Part shown: positions 20,242-30,553 of the stretch, in pieces
Position numbering within the stretch: the first letter of the stretch is position 1
How the letters are laid out: each line of letters begins with the position of its first letter
Source: Ilumatobacteraceae bacterium
Lineage (GTDB): Bacteria; Actinomycetota; Acidimicrobiia; Acidimicrobiales; Ilumatobacteraceae
Reading direction: 5' to 3'
NCBI GenBank assembly: GCA_036804285.1
Contig: DAIRSS010000001.1
Span: 44,615-108,614, forward strand
Length of the DNA: 64,000 nucleotides
Translations under genes and position numbers: made by a program
Notes under the pieces: model-generated
Told to the model about the DNA's origin: nothing
Databases searched by the model: none
What the model saw: the letters and a program-made list of their open reading frames with translations, nothing else

Positions 20242-22152
20242 ATGAATCGCCAGAATTCGCTGTCTTACATGCCCGGCTTGGACGGGTTGCGCGCACTGGC
20301 CGTCGTCGCCGTCATCGTCTATCACGCCAACAAGTCCTGGCTGACGGGTGGATTCCTGGGCGTCGAGGTGTTCTTCGTGATCAGCGGCTATCTGATCACG
20401 CTGCTTCTGATCACCGAGTCTGAGCAGAACGACAGGATCTCGTTCAAACAGTTCTGGTTGCGCCGGGCTCGCCGGCTCTTGCCCGCACTGTGGGCGCTGT
20501 TGCTCGGCGTGTGCACGTACGCATCGCTGTTCATGCGCGACGAGCTCGGCAAGTTGCGCGGGGACGTCATCGCGGCGTTCGTGTATGGATTCAACTGGTT
20601 CAAGATCTGGTCGAAGTCGAGTTACTTCGACTCTGCTCAAGTCGATCCGCTACGACATCTGTGGTCGCTCGCGGTGGAGGAGCAGTTCTATCTCGTCTGG
20701 CCGCTGTTGATCGCAGCCGTCCTGCGCATCTTCGGCAAGCGGCTCGTCACACTCGGTGGAATCTTCTTCGTCACCGCGGTCGGCGTCGCGTGGTACGTCG
20801 CGGCGACGTACGCACCGGGCTTCCCCGAACCCACTGCACTCGGGTCGCCGGACCACTACGTGTCGATCTTCGGCCAGCCTGCACTCAAGCTCGACTTCCT
20901 CTTTCTCGGCACGCTCGGCCGTTCCGGTGGGCTCTTCCTCGGAGCCGCGCTCGCGTTCTGGTACCGACCATCGATGTTCAGCCAGCAATACCCCTCGAGT
21001 GATCGCCATGCCGTCAGCGCCATTGGCGCCGTTGGTCTGGTCGCACTCGGCGCGATGATGTGGCGGTTCCAAGACGTCTATTCGACGACGGTGGACCTCG
21101 CCGATGGGACGACCGAGGTCGTTCGTCGCGGATACGACCCGCTCTTCCAGGGTGGTTTCCTCCTCGTCGGTCTCGCGAGCATTGCGGTGATCACCGCCGC
21201 GGTCCATCCGCATTCGCCGATCGGCACCAAACTGCTCGGCAATCCGATCTTCACCTATCTCGGCCGTCGCTCCTACGGGCTGTATCTCTACCACTGGCCG
21301 GTGTTCCGCTTCGCTCGCGGTGCTGATCCGAACCCGATGTCGATCGTCGAATTCATTCTTCTCGCACTCGTGATTCTGGCGATCACCGAAGCTTCCTACA
21401 GATTCATCGAGATGCCGATTCGCACCGGTGAGTTCTCGCAGTGGTGGTTCACGATGCGTCATCCACGCAACGAGGCGAATCGCAAGCAACGCCAGAACGT
21501 CATCGCGATCGCCGTCGTCGTATCGGTGCTCCCACTCTTCGGTCTCGTGAGTGTCGCGATTGGTTCGGGGCAGGGTGAAGTCGCCGAGAGTCTGAAGGCG
21601 AACGAGCAATCGGTGCAGAATCTCGTGTCACCGACCACGGTTGCTGCAAGTCCCGGTGACTCCACGGCCACGACGACGCTCGATGGACAGATCATTCCGA
21701 TCCTCGCCATCGGTGACTCGGTGATGCTCGGTGCCGCGAACGTGCTCACCGAGCGGGGGATCACCGTCGACGCGTTGAAGAGCAGACCGTTCCGACAGGC
21801 GCTCGAGATCGCCAACTACGTCAAGTCCATCAACCGACTCGGAGACTTCGTCATCATCCACCTGGGCACGAACAACTACGTGGATGAAAAGACGCTGGAT
21901 GAGATCATGGTGCCGCTCACCGACGTGGATCGGGTGGTGATGCTCACCACGCACGTGCCCAAGAAGCCGTGGCAAGACCCGAACAATGAGCTCATCAGGG
22001 CGATGCCGAACCGCTACGGCAACGTCACCGTGTTGGACTGGTACACGATCGCGCAGCAACACCCGGAATACCTCTACAGCGACAAAATTCACCTGAATCC
22101 GGAGGGTCAGGCGGTCTACGCCGATCTCATCATGCAGGCCATCGGCAAGTAG
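20242..22152 (+). CDS. acyltransferase-3 family membrane protein with a C-terminal SGNH domain (OafA-like)
   Basis: [17 protein letters not shown] start, about 10 TM segments, then a soluble tail with IGDSVMLG and HLGTNN SGNH-like blocks. Confidence 0.85.
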   Translation: MNRQNSLSYMPGLDGLRALAVVAVIVYHANKSWLTGGFLGVEVFFVISGYLITLLLITESEQNDRISFKQFWLRRARRLLPALWALLLGVCTYASLFMRDELGKLRGDVIAAFVYGFNWFKIWSKSSYFDSAQVDPLRHLWSLAVEEQFYLVWPLLIAAVLRIFGKRLVTLGGIFFVTAVGVAWYVAATYAPGFPEPTALGSPDHYVSIFGQPALKLDFLFLGTLGRSGGLFLGAALAFWYRPSMFSQQYPSSDRHAVSAIGAVGLVALGAMMWRFQDVYSTTVDLADGTTEVVRRGYDPLFQGGFLLVGLASIAVITAAVHPHSPIGTKLLGNPIFTYLGRRSYGLYLYHWPVFRFARGADPNPMSIVEFILLALVILAITEASYRFIEMPIRTGEFSQWWFTMRHPRNEANRKQRQNVIAIAVVVSVLPLFGLVSVAIGSGQGEVAESLKANEQSVQNLVSPTTVAASPGDSTATTTLDGQIIPILAIGDSVMLGAANVLTERGITVDALKSRPFRQALEIANYVKSINRLGDFVIIHLGTNNYVDEKTLDEIMVPLTDVDRVVMLTTHVPKKPWQDPNNELIRAMPNRYGNVTVLDWYTIAQQHPEYLYSDKIHLNPEGQAVYADLIMQAIGK

Positions 22153-22162
22153 CGTCGTGCCC

Positions 22163-23149
22163 ATGACCTCACCAGTACGTGTTGCAGTGACCGGAGCGGC
22201 CGGCCAAATCGGCTACAGCCTGCTTTTCCGCATCGCCTTCGGTGCGATGCTCGGACCCGAGACCAAAGTGATCCTCCAATTGCTCGAAATCACGCCCGCG
22301 ATGGGTGCGTTGTCGGGAGTGAAGATGGAGCTCGACGACTGCGCATTCGCTCCGCTCGTGGACGTGATCACGACGGACGATCCGAACGTCGCCTTCGGTG
22401 ACGCCGACATCGCACTTCTCGTCGGAGCAATGCCGCGCAAGGATGGCATGGAGCGCAGCGACTTGCTGAGCGCAAATGGTGGGATCTTCAAGCCCCAGGG
22501 GCAGGCCATCAGCAGGAACGCCAAGAAGGACGTGAAGGTGCTCGTCGTCGGCAATCCCGCCAACACCAATGCGCTGATCGCCATGCACAACGCGTCGGAT
22601 ATCGCCCCGCGCCAGTTCACTGCGATGACCCGCCTCGACCACAACCGCGCCATTTCCCAGATCGCCGCACGAGTCCAACGCCCGGTGACGTCGGTGAAGA
22701 AGATGACCATCTGGGGCAACCACTCCACGACGCAGTATCCCGATCTCTTCCATTGCGAAGTCGACGGGAAGAATGCCGCGCAACTCGTGAACGACCAGAA
22801 GTGGATCGATGAGACCTACATTCCGACCGTTGCCAAGCGCGGTGCCGCGGTGATCAAGGCGCGCGGCTCGTCGTCCGCAGCGTCTGCAGCCAATGCCGCG
22901 ATCGATCACGTTCGCTCGTGGGTGAAGGGCACTCCGGAAGGGGACTGGGTGTCGATGGCGGTTCCGTCAGACGGCAGCTACGGCGTCCCCGAGGGCCTCA
23001 TCTCGTCGTTCCCGTGCGTGTGCTCCAACGGCGAGTACTCGATCGTGCAGGGTCTCGACATCGATGCGTACAGCCGTTCGAAGATCGATGCCTCCGTCGC
23101 AGAACTGATGGAAGAGCGCGACGCCGTCAAGCAACTCGGCCTGATCTAA
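22163..23149 (+). CDS. mdh: malate dehydrogenase
   Basis: [28 protein letters not shown] and IWGNHS. I chose the ATG at 22163 over the GTG at 22157. Confidence 0.95.
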   Translation: MTSPVRVAVTGAAGQIGYSLLFRIAFGAMLGPETKVILQLLEITPAMGALSGVKMELDDCAFAPLVDVITTDDPNVAFGDADIALLVGAMPRKDGMERSDLLSANGGIFKPQGQAISRNAKKDVKVLVVGNPANTNALIAMHNASDIAPRQFTAMTRLDHNRAISQIAARVQRPVTSVKKMTIWGNHSTTQYPDLFHCEVDGKNAAQLVNDQKWIDETYIPTVAKRGAAVIKARGSSSAASAANAAIDHVRSWVKGTPEGDWVSMAVPSDGSYGVPEGLISSFPCVCSNGEYSIVQGLDIDAYSRSKIDASVAELMEERDAVKQLGLI

Positions 23150-23805
23150 CCGTCGTTTCGTCGCTCGTTGGCGGTTCTCGCTCGCGAGATCGCCGTCGCA
23201 TCGTTGCACGCAGTCGGTGTCTTCTTCACGAGTGCGTTCTTTTCTTTCTTCGGGGAGAGTTGTTCGCCGCTGCGCCACGCATCCAAGTACTTCCACGGCC
23301 AGATCTCACCTTGCAATAAGCGCTCCTCGGCATTCGGGCAGATGCGCGACATGCCGATGTGCGTGTGGCAGAGCGTTCGTCGTGCATTGCCTGACGAGCC
23401 CATGACGCCGATCCACTGACCAGCCTCGACACGCTGTCCGAAGCGAACTTTCACGCGCCCGAGATGGGAGAAGTAGTAGCGCACGGTGTCATCGCCAATG
23501 AGCGTGATCGTGAGACCGCCTCTCGTGCCAGGTGCGTCCACGGACTCGATCCACTTGTCCTTGCGTCGAACCTGGCCGATCGTTCCCGACGTCGGAGCGT
23601 GCACCTTTGCGTAGCAACCGAAGACGTCGGTTGCCGGATAGTCGAGATGGTCACGGGCATACCGAACCGGGACACGAGAGAAGGGAAAGACGTATCGAGG
23701 TGTCGAGGGGTCCGTGACGGGTTGTTCGCCCTCGGCGTGGACGGTGTGCGGGAACAGACCAACGAAGGAGATCACGAGCGCGGCGATGCGAACCCGTGCC
23801 CCCAT
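23146..23805 (-). CDS. M23 family metallopeptidase, secreted
   Basis: Signal peptide [32 protein letters not shown] (HxxxD) and CHTHIG (HxH). The start is trimmed to the ATG at 23805. Confidence 0.8.
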   Translation of the reverse strand: MGARVRIAALVISFVGLFPHTVHAEGEQPVTDPSTPRYVFPFSRVPVRYARDHLDYPATDVFGCYAKVHAPTSGTIGQVRRKDKWIESVDAPGTRGGLTITLIGDDTVRYYFSHLGRVKVRFGQRVEAGQWIGVMGSSGNARRTLCHTHIGMSRICPNAEERLLQGEIWPWKYLDAWRSGEQLSPKKEKNALVKKTPTACNDATAISRARTANERRNDG

Positions 23806-23812
23806 GTCGAAC

Positions 23813-24718
23813 CTACGAGGACCGACGTTTCTTGTTGACTGCACCTGCCGCAAGCACCATGGCGATGCCGATGATCACGATCGCGAGTCCCTGGATTACT
23901 TGGTCGTCGATGATGCGTGAGACGAGGATCGACGTGGTGAGGGTGACGGCAATCGCCCCACCGGCGATGACTTCGAGCTGGAGCAATCTCGTGCTCATCG
24001 CGAAGAGCACAACTGCAATGATGAGTGCGCCGATCGATGTGCTGACGTTGTCCTGCATGACGCCAAAGGTGAATGTGCCGAGCACGTAACTGACGGTGCC
24101 GACCACTCTCGCGCTGAGGGCAAAGCCGATCCGGGAGACCCCTGCTGCGATCAGTACCGCACCACTCACGATGAAGAGGAGGGCGGCGATGAGCGAATCT
24201 TCCAGATTGAGCGTGCCGATGAGTGATGCAACGAACACCTGCGTGGCGATGACGAAGATGAGCGTTCCAGCGAACTGTGATCGTCGTGAAGAGAGCACTC
24301 CAAGTACGACGCAAGCTCCCGTCGCAACGGTGGTTGCGTGATCGCCCGCGAGTCCTGCCACGTTCAGGAAGATTCCAATCGCACCAGTGATGAGACCGAC
24401 TGCGACGACCGCGAGTGCTTCTGCGAGTCGTGAGCGCCAATGGTGTGGTCGATGCACGAGTCGTGCACCAAGTCCGATCACGGCGCCAGCGATCAGCATC
24501 CCGACGGCAATGCCGAGTTGGCTCGTGTCCTGCACGAGAGCGATCGTCAGCCATGTCACGCCGATGGCTGCGATCAGTCCGCCCAGGTATGCGAAGAGTT
24601 CGTTCGCTTCGATCGACCAGCGAGGTGCCTCACGAAGTACGGATGCTTGCTGTGCAGTCAACGTTCCGCTGCGCTCGAGTTCGGCGATCTCCTCGCGAAC
24701 CGTGCGGCGCTTGCCCAT
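23813..24718 (-). CDS. hypothetical polytopic membrane protein
   Basis: 301 aa with a short cytoplasmic N-terminal helix and then 8 or more TM segments. No confident family. Confidence 0.55.
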   Translation of the reverse strand: MGKRRTVREEIAELERSGTLTAQQASVLREAPRWSIEANELFAYLGGLIAAIGVTWLTIALVQDTSQLGIAVGMLIAGAVIGLGARLVHRPHHWRSRLAEALAVVAVGLITGAIGIFLNVAGLAGDHATTVATGACVVLGVLSSRRSQFAGTLIFVIATQVFVASLIGTLNLEDSLIAALLFIVSGAVLIAAGVSRIGFALSARVVGTVSYVLGTFTFGVMQDNVSTSIGALIIAVVLFAMSTRLLQLEVIAGGAIAVTLTTSILVSRIIDDQVIQGLAIVIIGIAMVLAAGAVNKKRRSS

Positions 24719-24754
24719 GCGGCAATACTACGGGTGTTACGGTGATTGCTCGGG

Positions 24755-25681
24755 ATGCGCACGTTCTTCATCGACACCGACACCGCAAGCGACGACGCGG
24801 TAGCGCTCGTCATCGCCCTTCGACATCCAGAGGTCTCCGTCGTGGGCATCGGAATCGTGGCGGGCAACGTGCCACTCGAGATGGGTGTCCAAAACGCGCT
24901 GTACACGCGCGACCTATGTGGGTCGTCCGTGCCGGTGTATGTTGGCGCCGCAGCGCCGTTGTCTCGGCCACTCGGAACGGCGCAGAACGTTCACGGCAAC
25001 GACGGCATGGGGGACATCGGGCTCGTGCTCACGGGTCGAACGCCTGATCCAGGGTCTGCCATCGATGCGCTCATCGATGCAGCGCACACCAACTCGGGCG
25101 AACTGGAACTCGTGACGCTTGGTCCGCTCACGAACATTGCACTTGCCGTCCAGAAGGATCCAACCATCGTTCGCCACATCAAGCGATGCGTGGTGATGGG
25201 TGCGGTCTCCGACCACATCGGCAACGTGACTCCAGTGGCCGAGTTCAACATGTGGGTCGACCCAGAGGCAGTCGATGTCGTCTTGCGCAGTGGGATGAAG
25301 CTCGAATTCGTCGGTTGGGACATCTCCCGCTTCGACGCATGCATCCTGCCCGAAGAGTCTGCGCGAATCCGCGCGCTCGGCACACCGCTTGCAGAATTCT
25401 CCATCGACATTCAGCGTGCGGTGGCGGAGTTCTGTGCGACCGAGACCAAGCTGGCGGGTTTTGATCTGCCCGATCCGATTGCGATGGCCTATGCGATCGA
25501 CTCCACGATTGCCATCTCGACGCGCGAGATGTATCTCGAAGCGGTGACCGCAGATGGTCCTGCGCGGGGAATGGTCGTGATGGACACTCTCGGTGTGACC
25601 CACCGTGAACCGAACGCCCTGGTGGTGACCAAGGGTGATCATGGTCGGTTCATGGCGATGTTGGCCGAAGCGGTGTCGTGA
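24755..25681 (+). CDS. nucleoside hydrolase (inosine/uridine-preferring type)
   Basis: N-terminal FFIDTDTASDDAVAL aspartate cluster plus GPLTNIA. I chose the ATG at 24755. Confidence 0.85.
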   Translation: MRTFFIDTDTASDDAVALVIALRHPEVSVVGIGIVAGNVPLEMGVQNALYTRDLCGSSVPVYVGAAAPLSRPLGTAQNVHGNDGMGDIGLVLTGRTPDPGSAIDALIDAAHTNSGELELVTLGPLTNIALAVQKDPTIVRHIKRCVVMGAVSDHIGNVTPVAEFNMWVDPEAVDVVLRSGMKLEFVGWDISRFDACILPEESARIRALGTPLAEFSIDIQRAVAEFCATETKLAGFDLPDPIAMAYAIDSTIAISTREMYLEAVTADGPARGMVVMDTLGVTHREPNALVVTKGDHGRFMAMLAEAVS

Positions 25682-26652
25682 GCGAATCCATCCTCTCTGG
25701 GGGATTCGTCGAACTGGCCGTCACGACCCGTAGCGGTCGCGACGAATCGATTCACCACGGTGCGGTCGTCGCGCTGAATCAGGATGGATCGATTGCCTTT
25801 GCTGCGGGAGACCCGAGTCTTCCCATCTTTCCTCGGTCATCGACCAAGCCGATCCAAGCGACTGCGATGGTCGCAAGCGGACTCACATTGCCGCCACGTC
25901 TCCTCGCGCTCGTGTGCGCGAGTCACGACGGGAGGGCAGAGCACCTCGCAGGTGCGCGCGAAATCCTTGCATCGGCGAATCTCACCGAAGCTGCACTCGC
26001 GAACACTGCCGACTATCCACTCGACGACGATGCAGCACACGCTGCCATCGCCTCGGGATTGGCGAAGTCGCCGTTGCAGATGAATTGTTCGGGAAAACAC
26101 TCCGGAATGCTCGCCACGTGCGTACACAACGGTTGGGCACATGACGCGAGCTATCTCCACGTCGACCATCCACTTCAGCGTCGAATCACCGAGATGGTGC
26201 CGGAGATGACGGGCGAGGAGGCTGCACACATCGCAGTCGATGGTTGCGGTGCACCAGCGCATGCGATTTCGTTGACGGGACTCGCGAGAGCGTTTCGTGT
26301 TGCCGCCACCGCACCCGAGGGTTCGCCAGCCCGGATCGTCGGGGATGCGATGCGGGCGAATCCGAAGATGGTGGGTGGACCTACTCGCGATGTCACTTTG
26401 CTGATGGAGGGTGTAGGGGGTCTCGTCGCCAAGGACGGGGCAGAGGGTGTGTTCGCCGTCGGACTCGCAGATGGACGAGCAGTTGCCCTGAAGGTCGCCG
26501 ACGGTGCGAACCGTGCCCGTCCGCCACTGATGAAGTGGGCGCTCGAGCGCCTTGGAGTGGACGTCTCAGGGGTCAACCCTGCGGCGTTTTCCTCACCCGT
26601 GTTTGGTCACGGTCAACGAGTTGGTGACGTGCGGGTCATCGCCCGCACGTAG
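25678..26652 (+). CDS. asparaginase family II (Rhizobium-etli-type) protein
   Basis: RSSTKPIQA, CSGKHSGML and DGCGAP blocks as recalled for the Asparaginase_II family. The GTG start overlaps the previous stop by 4 nt. Confidence 0.7.
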   Translation: MSESILSGGFVELAVTTRSGRDESIHHGAVVALNQDGSIAFAAGDPSLPIFPRSSTKPIQATAMVASGLTLPPRLLALVCASHDGRAEHLAGAREILASANLTEAALANTADYPLDDDAAHAAIASGLAKSPLQMNCSGKHSGMLATCVHNGWAHDASYLHVDHPLQRRITEMVPEMTGEEAAHIAVDGCGAPAHAISLTGLARAFRVAATAPEGSPARIVGDAMRANPKMVGGPTRDVTLLMEGVGGLVAKDGAEGVFAVGLADGRAVALKVADGANRARPPLMKWALERLGVDVSGVNPAAFSSPVFGHGQRVGDVRVIART

Positions 26653-26655
26653 TCG

Positions 26656-28008
26656 TCACTTTCCTTCGTAGTACGAGTCTGCGACCGTCAACGCCTCGTC
26701 GAGGATGGCGATGCCTTCGCGGATCTCGTCAGCGTTCACGGTGCACGGAGGTGCGACGTGGGTGCGGTTGAAGTGCGTGAATGGCCACAGACCGTTCTTC
26801 TTGCAGGCTGCTGCGAAGTCGAGCATCGGCTTGTTGTCGGCGCCTGCGGCGTTGAACGGAACGAGCGGCTTGCGCGTGGCGCGGTCGCGCACGAGCTCCA
26901 CGGCCCAGAACACGCCGAGACCGCGGACGTCGCCGACGGATGGGTGCTTTTCCTTCAGCTTGGCGAGTTCCGGCTTGATGACCGTTTCGCCGATCGTGCG
27001 GGCGTTCTCGATGATCTTTTCTTCCTTGAAGATGTTGATCGAGGCGACGGCTGCGGCGCATGCGAGTGGGTGGCCGCTATAGGTGAGTCCACCGGGATAC
27101 ACGCGGTCCTTGAAGGAGTCCGCGATCTTCTGGCTGATGACGACACCACCGAGCGGGACGTAACCCGAGTTGACGCCCTTGGCGAAGCAGATGAGGTCTG
27201 GAGTGACGTTCCACTTGTTGACGGCGAACCATTCACCGCAACGGCCGAAGCCGGCCATGACCTCGTCGCACATCATGACGATGCCGTAGCGGTCGCAGAT
27301 CTCGCGCACGCCCTTCAGGTAGCCGTCCGGCGGAACGAGGATGCCGTTCGTGCCAACGACGGTCTCCATGCCGATCATTGCGACGGTGTGTGGGCCTTCG
27401 ACCATCAACACGTCTTCGAGGTGCTGCAGTGCGCGCTCGCACTCTTCCTTCTCGCTCGTCGAATGGAACGCACTGCGGTATGCGTACGGTCCCCAGAACT
27501 TGACGGCACCCGATGCGCCGGTCTCGTTCGGCCAGCGGCGTGGGTCACCGGTGAGAGCGATCGCGCCTGCGGTGGAGCCGTGGTACGAGCGATACATCGT
27601 GAGGATCTTGTGACGGCCGGTGTGCAGGCGCGACATGCGCACTGCATTCTCTGCTGCCTCGGCGCCACCGTTGGTGAAGAACACCATGTTCAGATCGCCA
27701 GGGGCGAGTTCGGTGATGAGTCGCGCAGCCTCGCTGCGTGCGTCGTTGGCGAATGCCGGTGCGACGGTGCAGAGCTTGGCAGCCTGTTCCTGGATCGCGG
27801 CGATCAACTTCGGGTGCTGGTGTCCGATGTTCAGGTTGACGAGCTGACTGGAGAAGTCGAGATACTTCTTGCCGGTCGAGTCCCAGAAGTAGGAACCCTC
27901 ACCACCGGTGATCTCGACGGGATTGAGCGTTCCTTGGGCCGACCACGAGTGAAACACGTGGGCGCGGTCGTCGAGGTATGCCTTGGTCTGGGTTGCTTCG
28001 ATCGTCAT
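26656..28008 (-). CDS. class III (omega) aminotransferase
   Basis: 450 aa. DEVMAGFGRCG and FAKGVNSGYVPLGG (PLP lysine) resemble the beta-alanine/taurine-pyruvate aminotransferase type. Confidence 0.9.
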   Translation of the reverse strand: MTIEATQTKAYLDDRAHVFHSWSAQGTLNPVEITGGEGSYFWDSTGKKYLDFSSQLVNLNIGHQHPKLIAAIQEQAAKLCTVAPAFANDARSEAARLITELAPGDLNMVFFTNGGAEAAENAVRMSRLHTGRHKILTMYRSYHGSTAGAIALTGDPRRWPNETGASGAVKFWGPYAYRSAFHSTSEKEECERALQHLEDVLMVEGPHTVAMIGMETVVGTNGILVPPDGYLKGVREICDRYGIVMMCDEVMAGFGRCGEWFAVNKWNVTPDLICFAKGVNSGYVPLGGVVISQKIADSFKDRVYPGGLTYSGHPLACAAAVASINIFKEEKIIENARTIGETVIKPELAKLKEKHPSVGDVRGLGVFWAVELVRDRATRKPLVPFNAAGADNKPMLDFAAACKKNGLWPFTHFNRTHVAPPCTVNADEIREGIAILDEALTVADSYYEGK

Positions 28009-28050
28009 TCGACCATGTTACTGAGGCTTCCCGTAGTGGGAGCGCCCGAT

Positions 28051-28521
28051 CTACAACGTTGAGCGCACCCGCTCGTGCAGTTGTGGCCACGCGCCGGCGA
28101 GCCCTGCGTGGAGTTCGAAGGTCTCCACGCTGCTGAGCGCCACCCACTGGAGGTCATCGGACTCGGCGTTCGCCTCGAAGGCGCCGATCTCGCCCTGAGC
28201 GTGGGCGATCACGGTGTCGTAACGCCACGGACCGTGATCGTCGCTGAACACGTCGCGCACGAGGAACTTCGACGGGTCGATTCCAGCTTCTTCCTGTGCT
28301 TCGCGCTTGGCCGCGGCGATCGAGTCTTCGTGCGAATCGAGCGCGCCACCCGGCAGTGCCCACGTGCCGCCGCCATGAGTCCATGCAGCGCGCAACTGGA
28401 GGAGTACGTGTGGCTCGTTCATGTCGAGACGAATCAACAGCAGTCCTGCTGCGCCGTGGAGACCCCAGTGACGATGTCCGCAGGTGCAGTAGACCCAACC
28501 ATCGCCGTCACGAAACGCCAC
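28051..28521 (-). CDS. NUDIX hydrolase
   Basis: Nudix box LPGGALDSHEDSIAAAKREAQEEAGI. Confidence 0.8.
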   Translation of the reverse strand: MAFRDGDGWVYCTCGHRHWGLHGAAGLLLIRLDMNEPHVLLQLRAAWTHGGGTWALPGGALDSHEDSIAAAKREAQEEAGIDPSKFLVRDVFSDDHGPWRYDTVIAHAQGEIGAFEANAESDDLQWVALSSVETFELHAGLAGAWPQLHERVRSTL

Positions 28522-28523
28522 GA

Positions 28524-29009
28524 CTAGAGCGTAGTTTCACTGGCCAACTTGGCCGCTCGCCGTGCCTCGGCACGCGCGGTCGCCTGCGCCTTGGTGATCT
28601 CGGCGTGATGCGCACGACAGAGCACCTCGAGACCACCGTTGCCGCTCGCATCGGGCAAGAGGTGATGATGGCAACCGGGACCGTAACCATCCCCGTTGCG
28701 GGGAGTGATGTGGTTGACCTCGCAGTCGCGCCGTGCAGCCGTGCATCCGGGGCGGATGCAGCGGTACTTCGCGCGACGTTTTGCCGTCGAGCGGGCGAAT
28801 CGCCAGATGTGCTCGCGCTGCCAGGCCCGACCACATTTGTCCGAACACCACGTGCGACGACGGGGAGAGTCGATCGACGTATCGCACCACTGACAACGAC
28901 CGAGTTCTCCCGTCCACTTCGACAGGGTGCAGGTGATGCGCTCGGCGACGAGCGGTGGAAGGGCCACAGTGTGAACGGAGCGTTTCGTGTTTGCGCGTTT
29001 CGTCGCCAT
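28524..29009 (-). CDS. HNH-type endonuclease-like protein with an N-terminal Cys4 ribbon
   Basis: CQWC...CSDKC, then CEVNHITPRNG...CHHH...LEVLCRAHHAEIT. I chose the ATG at 29009 (MATKRANTKR). Confidence 0.6.
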   Translation of the reverse strand: MATKRANTKRSVHTVALPPLVAERITCTLSKWTGELGRCQWCDTSIDSPRRRTWCSDKCGRAWQREHIWRFARSTAKRRAKYRCIRPGCTAARRDCEVNHITPRNGDGYGPGCHHHLLPDASGNGGLEVLCRAHHAEITKAQATARAEARRAAKLASETTL

Positions 29010-29167
29010 TTCTGCGTCAAAGAATAATCTGCGCGTAACACAGACAAGACGCCCCTGAAACATCGCTTCGTTAATTTCGGGGTGCGTTTGGGCGCAATGG
29101 GGCCTCCGGACTCGTCGTATCGATCAGTTCAGCGACAGCCAGCGATGGTGTCGCACAAGGAGGAAAC

Positions 29168-30544
29168 ATGTCAGTATTCGCAGACACGGCGGATGCCGTG
29201 ACGATTCTCGGGCAACAAATCAGCTTGCTCTGGATCGTCATCGGTGCCGCGCTCGTGGTGTTCATGCAGGCGGGGTTCGCCCTCGTCGAGACCGGGTTCT
29301 GCCGCGCCAAGCACGCGGCCCACGTGGTGGCGACGAACTTCGCAATCTTCGGTCTCGGCTTCGTCGGGTTCTACTTCGTCGGATTCGCGCTCGCCTTCGG
29401 CGGGTTCTCGTACTCGGCGTTCGGGATGGACACGCCGGTCGGAGACGCCTTGATCGGCAGCGGTGATTGGGTGTTCGCGTGGAAGGGCGGCTGGGCACTC
29501 GCGGGTGACGCGATGACGCCGGCCGTGCTCGGATTCTTCCTCTACATGGTCGCGTTCATGGACACCGTCGCGACGATCCCGACCGGTTCGATGGCCGAGC
29601 GTTGGAGATGGGGGAGCTTCGTCGGCTGGGGCTTCTTCTGTGGCGCGATCTACTACCCAGTGATGGCTGCGTGGACGTGGGGTGGCGGCTGGCTCGCAAA
29701 GACCTGGAGCACGATGTCACTCGGCGCGGGTTACGTCGACTTCGCGGGATCGGGAGTCGTGCACATGGTTGGTGGCGTGGCCGCGCTCACCGGTGCACTC
29801 GCGATCGGTCCGCGCCTCGGCAAGTTCAACGCAGATGGTTCGCCGAACACGATTGCCGGACACCACATTCCAATGGCGATGCTCGGCACGTTCATCTTGT
29901 TGTTCGGATGGTTCGGCTTCAACGCAGCGAGCACGTTCGCCGCAACCGACGTGCAGTTTGCAACGGCTGCGACGAATACGGCAATCGCCGGAGCGTTCGG
30001 TGCAGTCGCGGCGATGACGTACATCACGCGCAAGACCGGCAAGCCGGATCCGGGCATGATGGCCAACGGCATGTTGGCGGGCCTCGTGGCGGTGACGGCG
30101 CCCTGTGCGTTCATCTCGCCGTGGGCGGCTGCAGTCATCGGAGTCGTTGCTGCGATCATCGTGATCGAATCGGTCTACTTCTTCGAGCGCCGCGGCATCG
30201 ACGATCCCGTCGGGGCGATTTCCGTGCACGGCGTCGGTGGTCTGCTCGGCGTGCTGTCCGTCGGAATCTTTGCCAACGGTTCATACGGTGCGGGCTGGAA
30301 CGGCTCGAGCGTCGAGGGCGTGAAGGGATTGTTGTACGGCGATGCGAGTCAGCTCGGTGCACAGGCACTCGGCGCGGTGACGATCCTCGTCGTCAACGGC
30401 GCGCTGTCAGGAGCGTTCTTTGCGATCCAGAAGAAGGTCCTGAAGAAAGGCCTTCGCTCATCGGAGCAAGACGAACTCGACGGACTCGACATCGCCGAGA
30501 TGGGCGTGCTCGCGTACCCCGAGTTCCAGGGTTCACACCGCTAG
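29168..30544 (+). CDS. amt: ammonium transporter
   Basis: 458 aa with 11-12 TM segments. DFAGSGVVHMVGG and GVHGVGG are Amt signature blocks. AAGGAGGA lies 4 nt upstream of the ATG. Confidence 0.95.
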   Translation: MSVFADTADAVTILGQQISLLWIVIGAALVVFMQAGFALVETGFCRAKHAAHVVATNFAIFGLGFVGFYFVGFALAFGGFSYSAFGMDTPVGDALIGSGDWVFAWKGGWALAGDAMTPAVLGFFLYMVAFMDTVATIPTGSMAERWRWGSFVGWGFFCGAIYYPVMAAWTWGGGWLAKTWSTMSLGAGYVDFAGSGVVHMVGGVAALTGALAIGPRLGKFNADGSPNTIAGHHIPMAMLGTFILLFGWFGFNAASTFAATDVQFATAATNTAIAGAFGAVAAMTYITRKTGKPDPGMMANGMLAGLVAVTAPCAFISPWAAAVIGVVAAIIVIESVYFFERRGIDDPVGAISVHGVGGLLGVLSVGIFANGSYGAGWNGSSVEGVKGLLYGDASQLGAQALGAVTILVVNGALSGAFFAIQKKVLKKGLRSSEQDELDGLDIAEMGVLAYPEFQGSHR

Positions 30545-30553
30545 ATCAAGGAT

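Noticed and set aside
26758-28062. 434-aa plus-strand ORF
   Set aside because: It is antisense to the class III aminotransferase gene.
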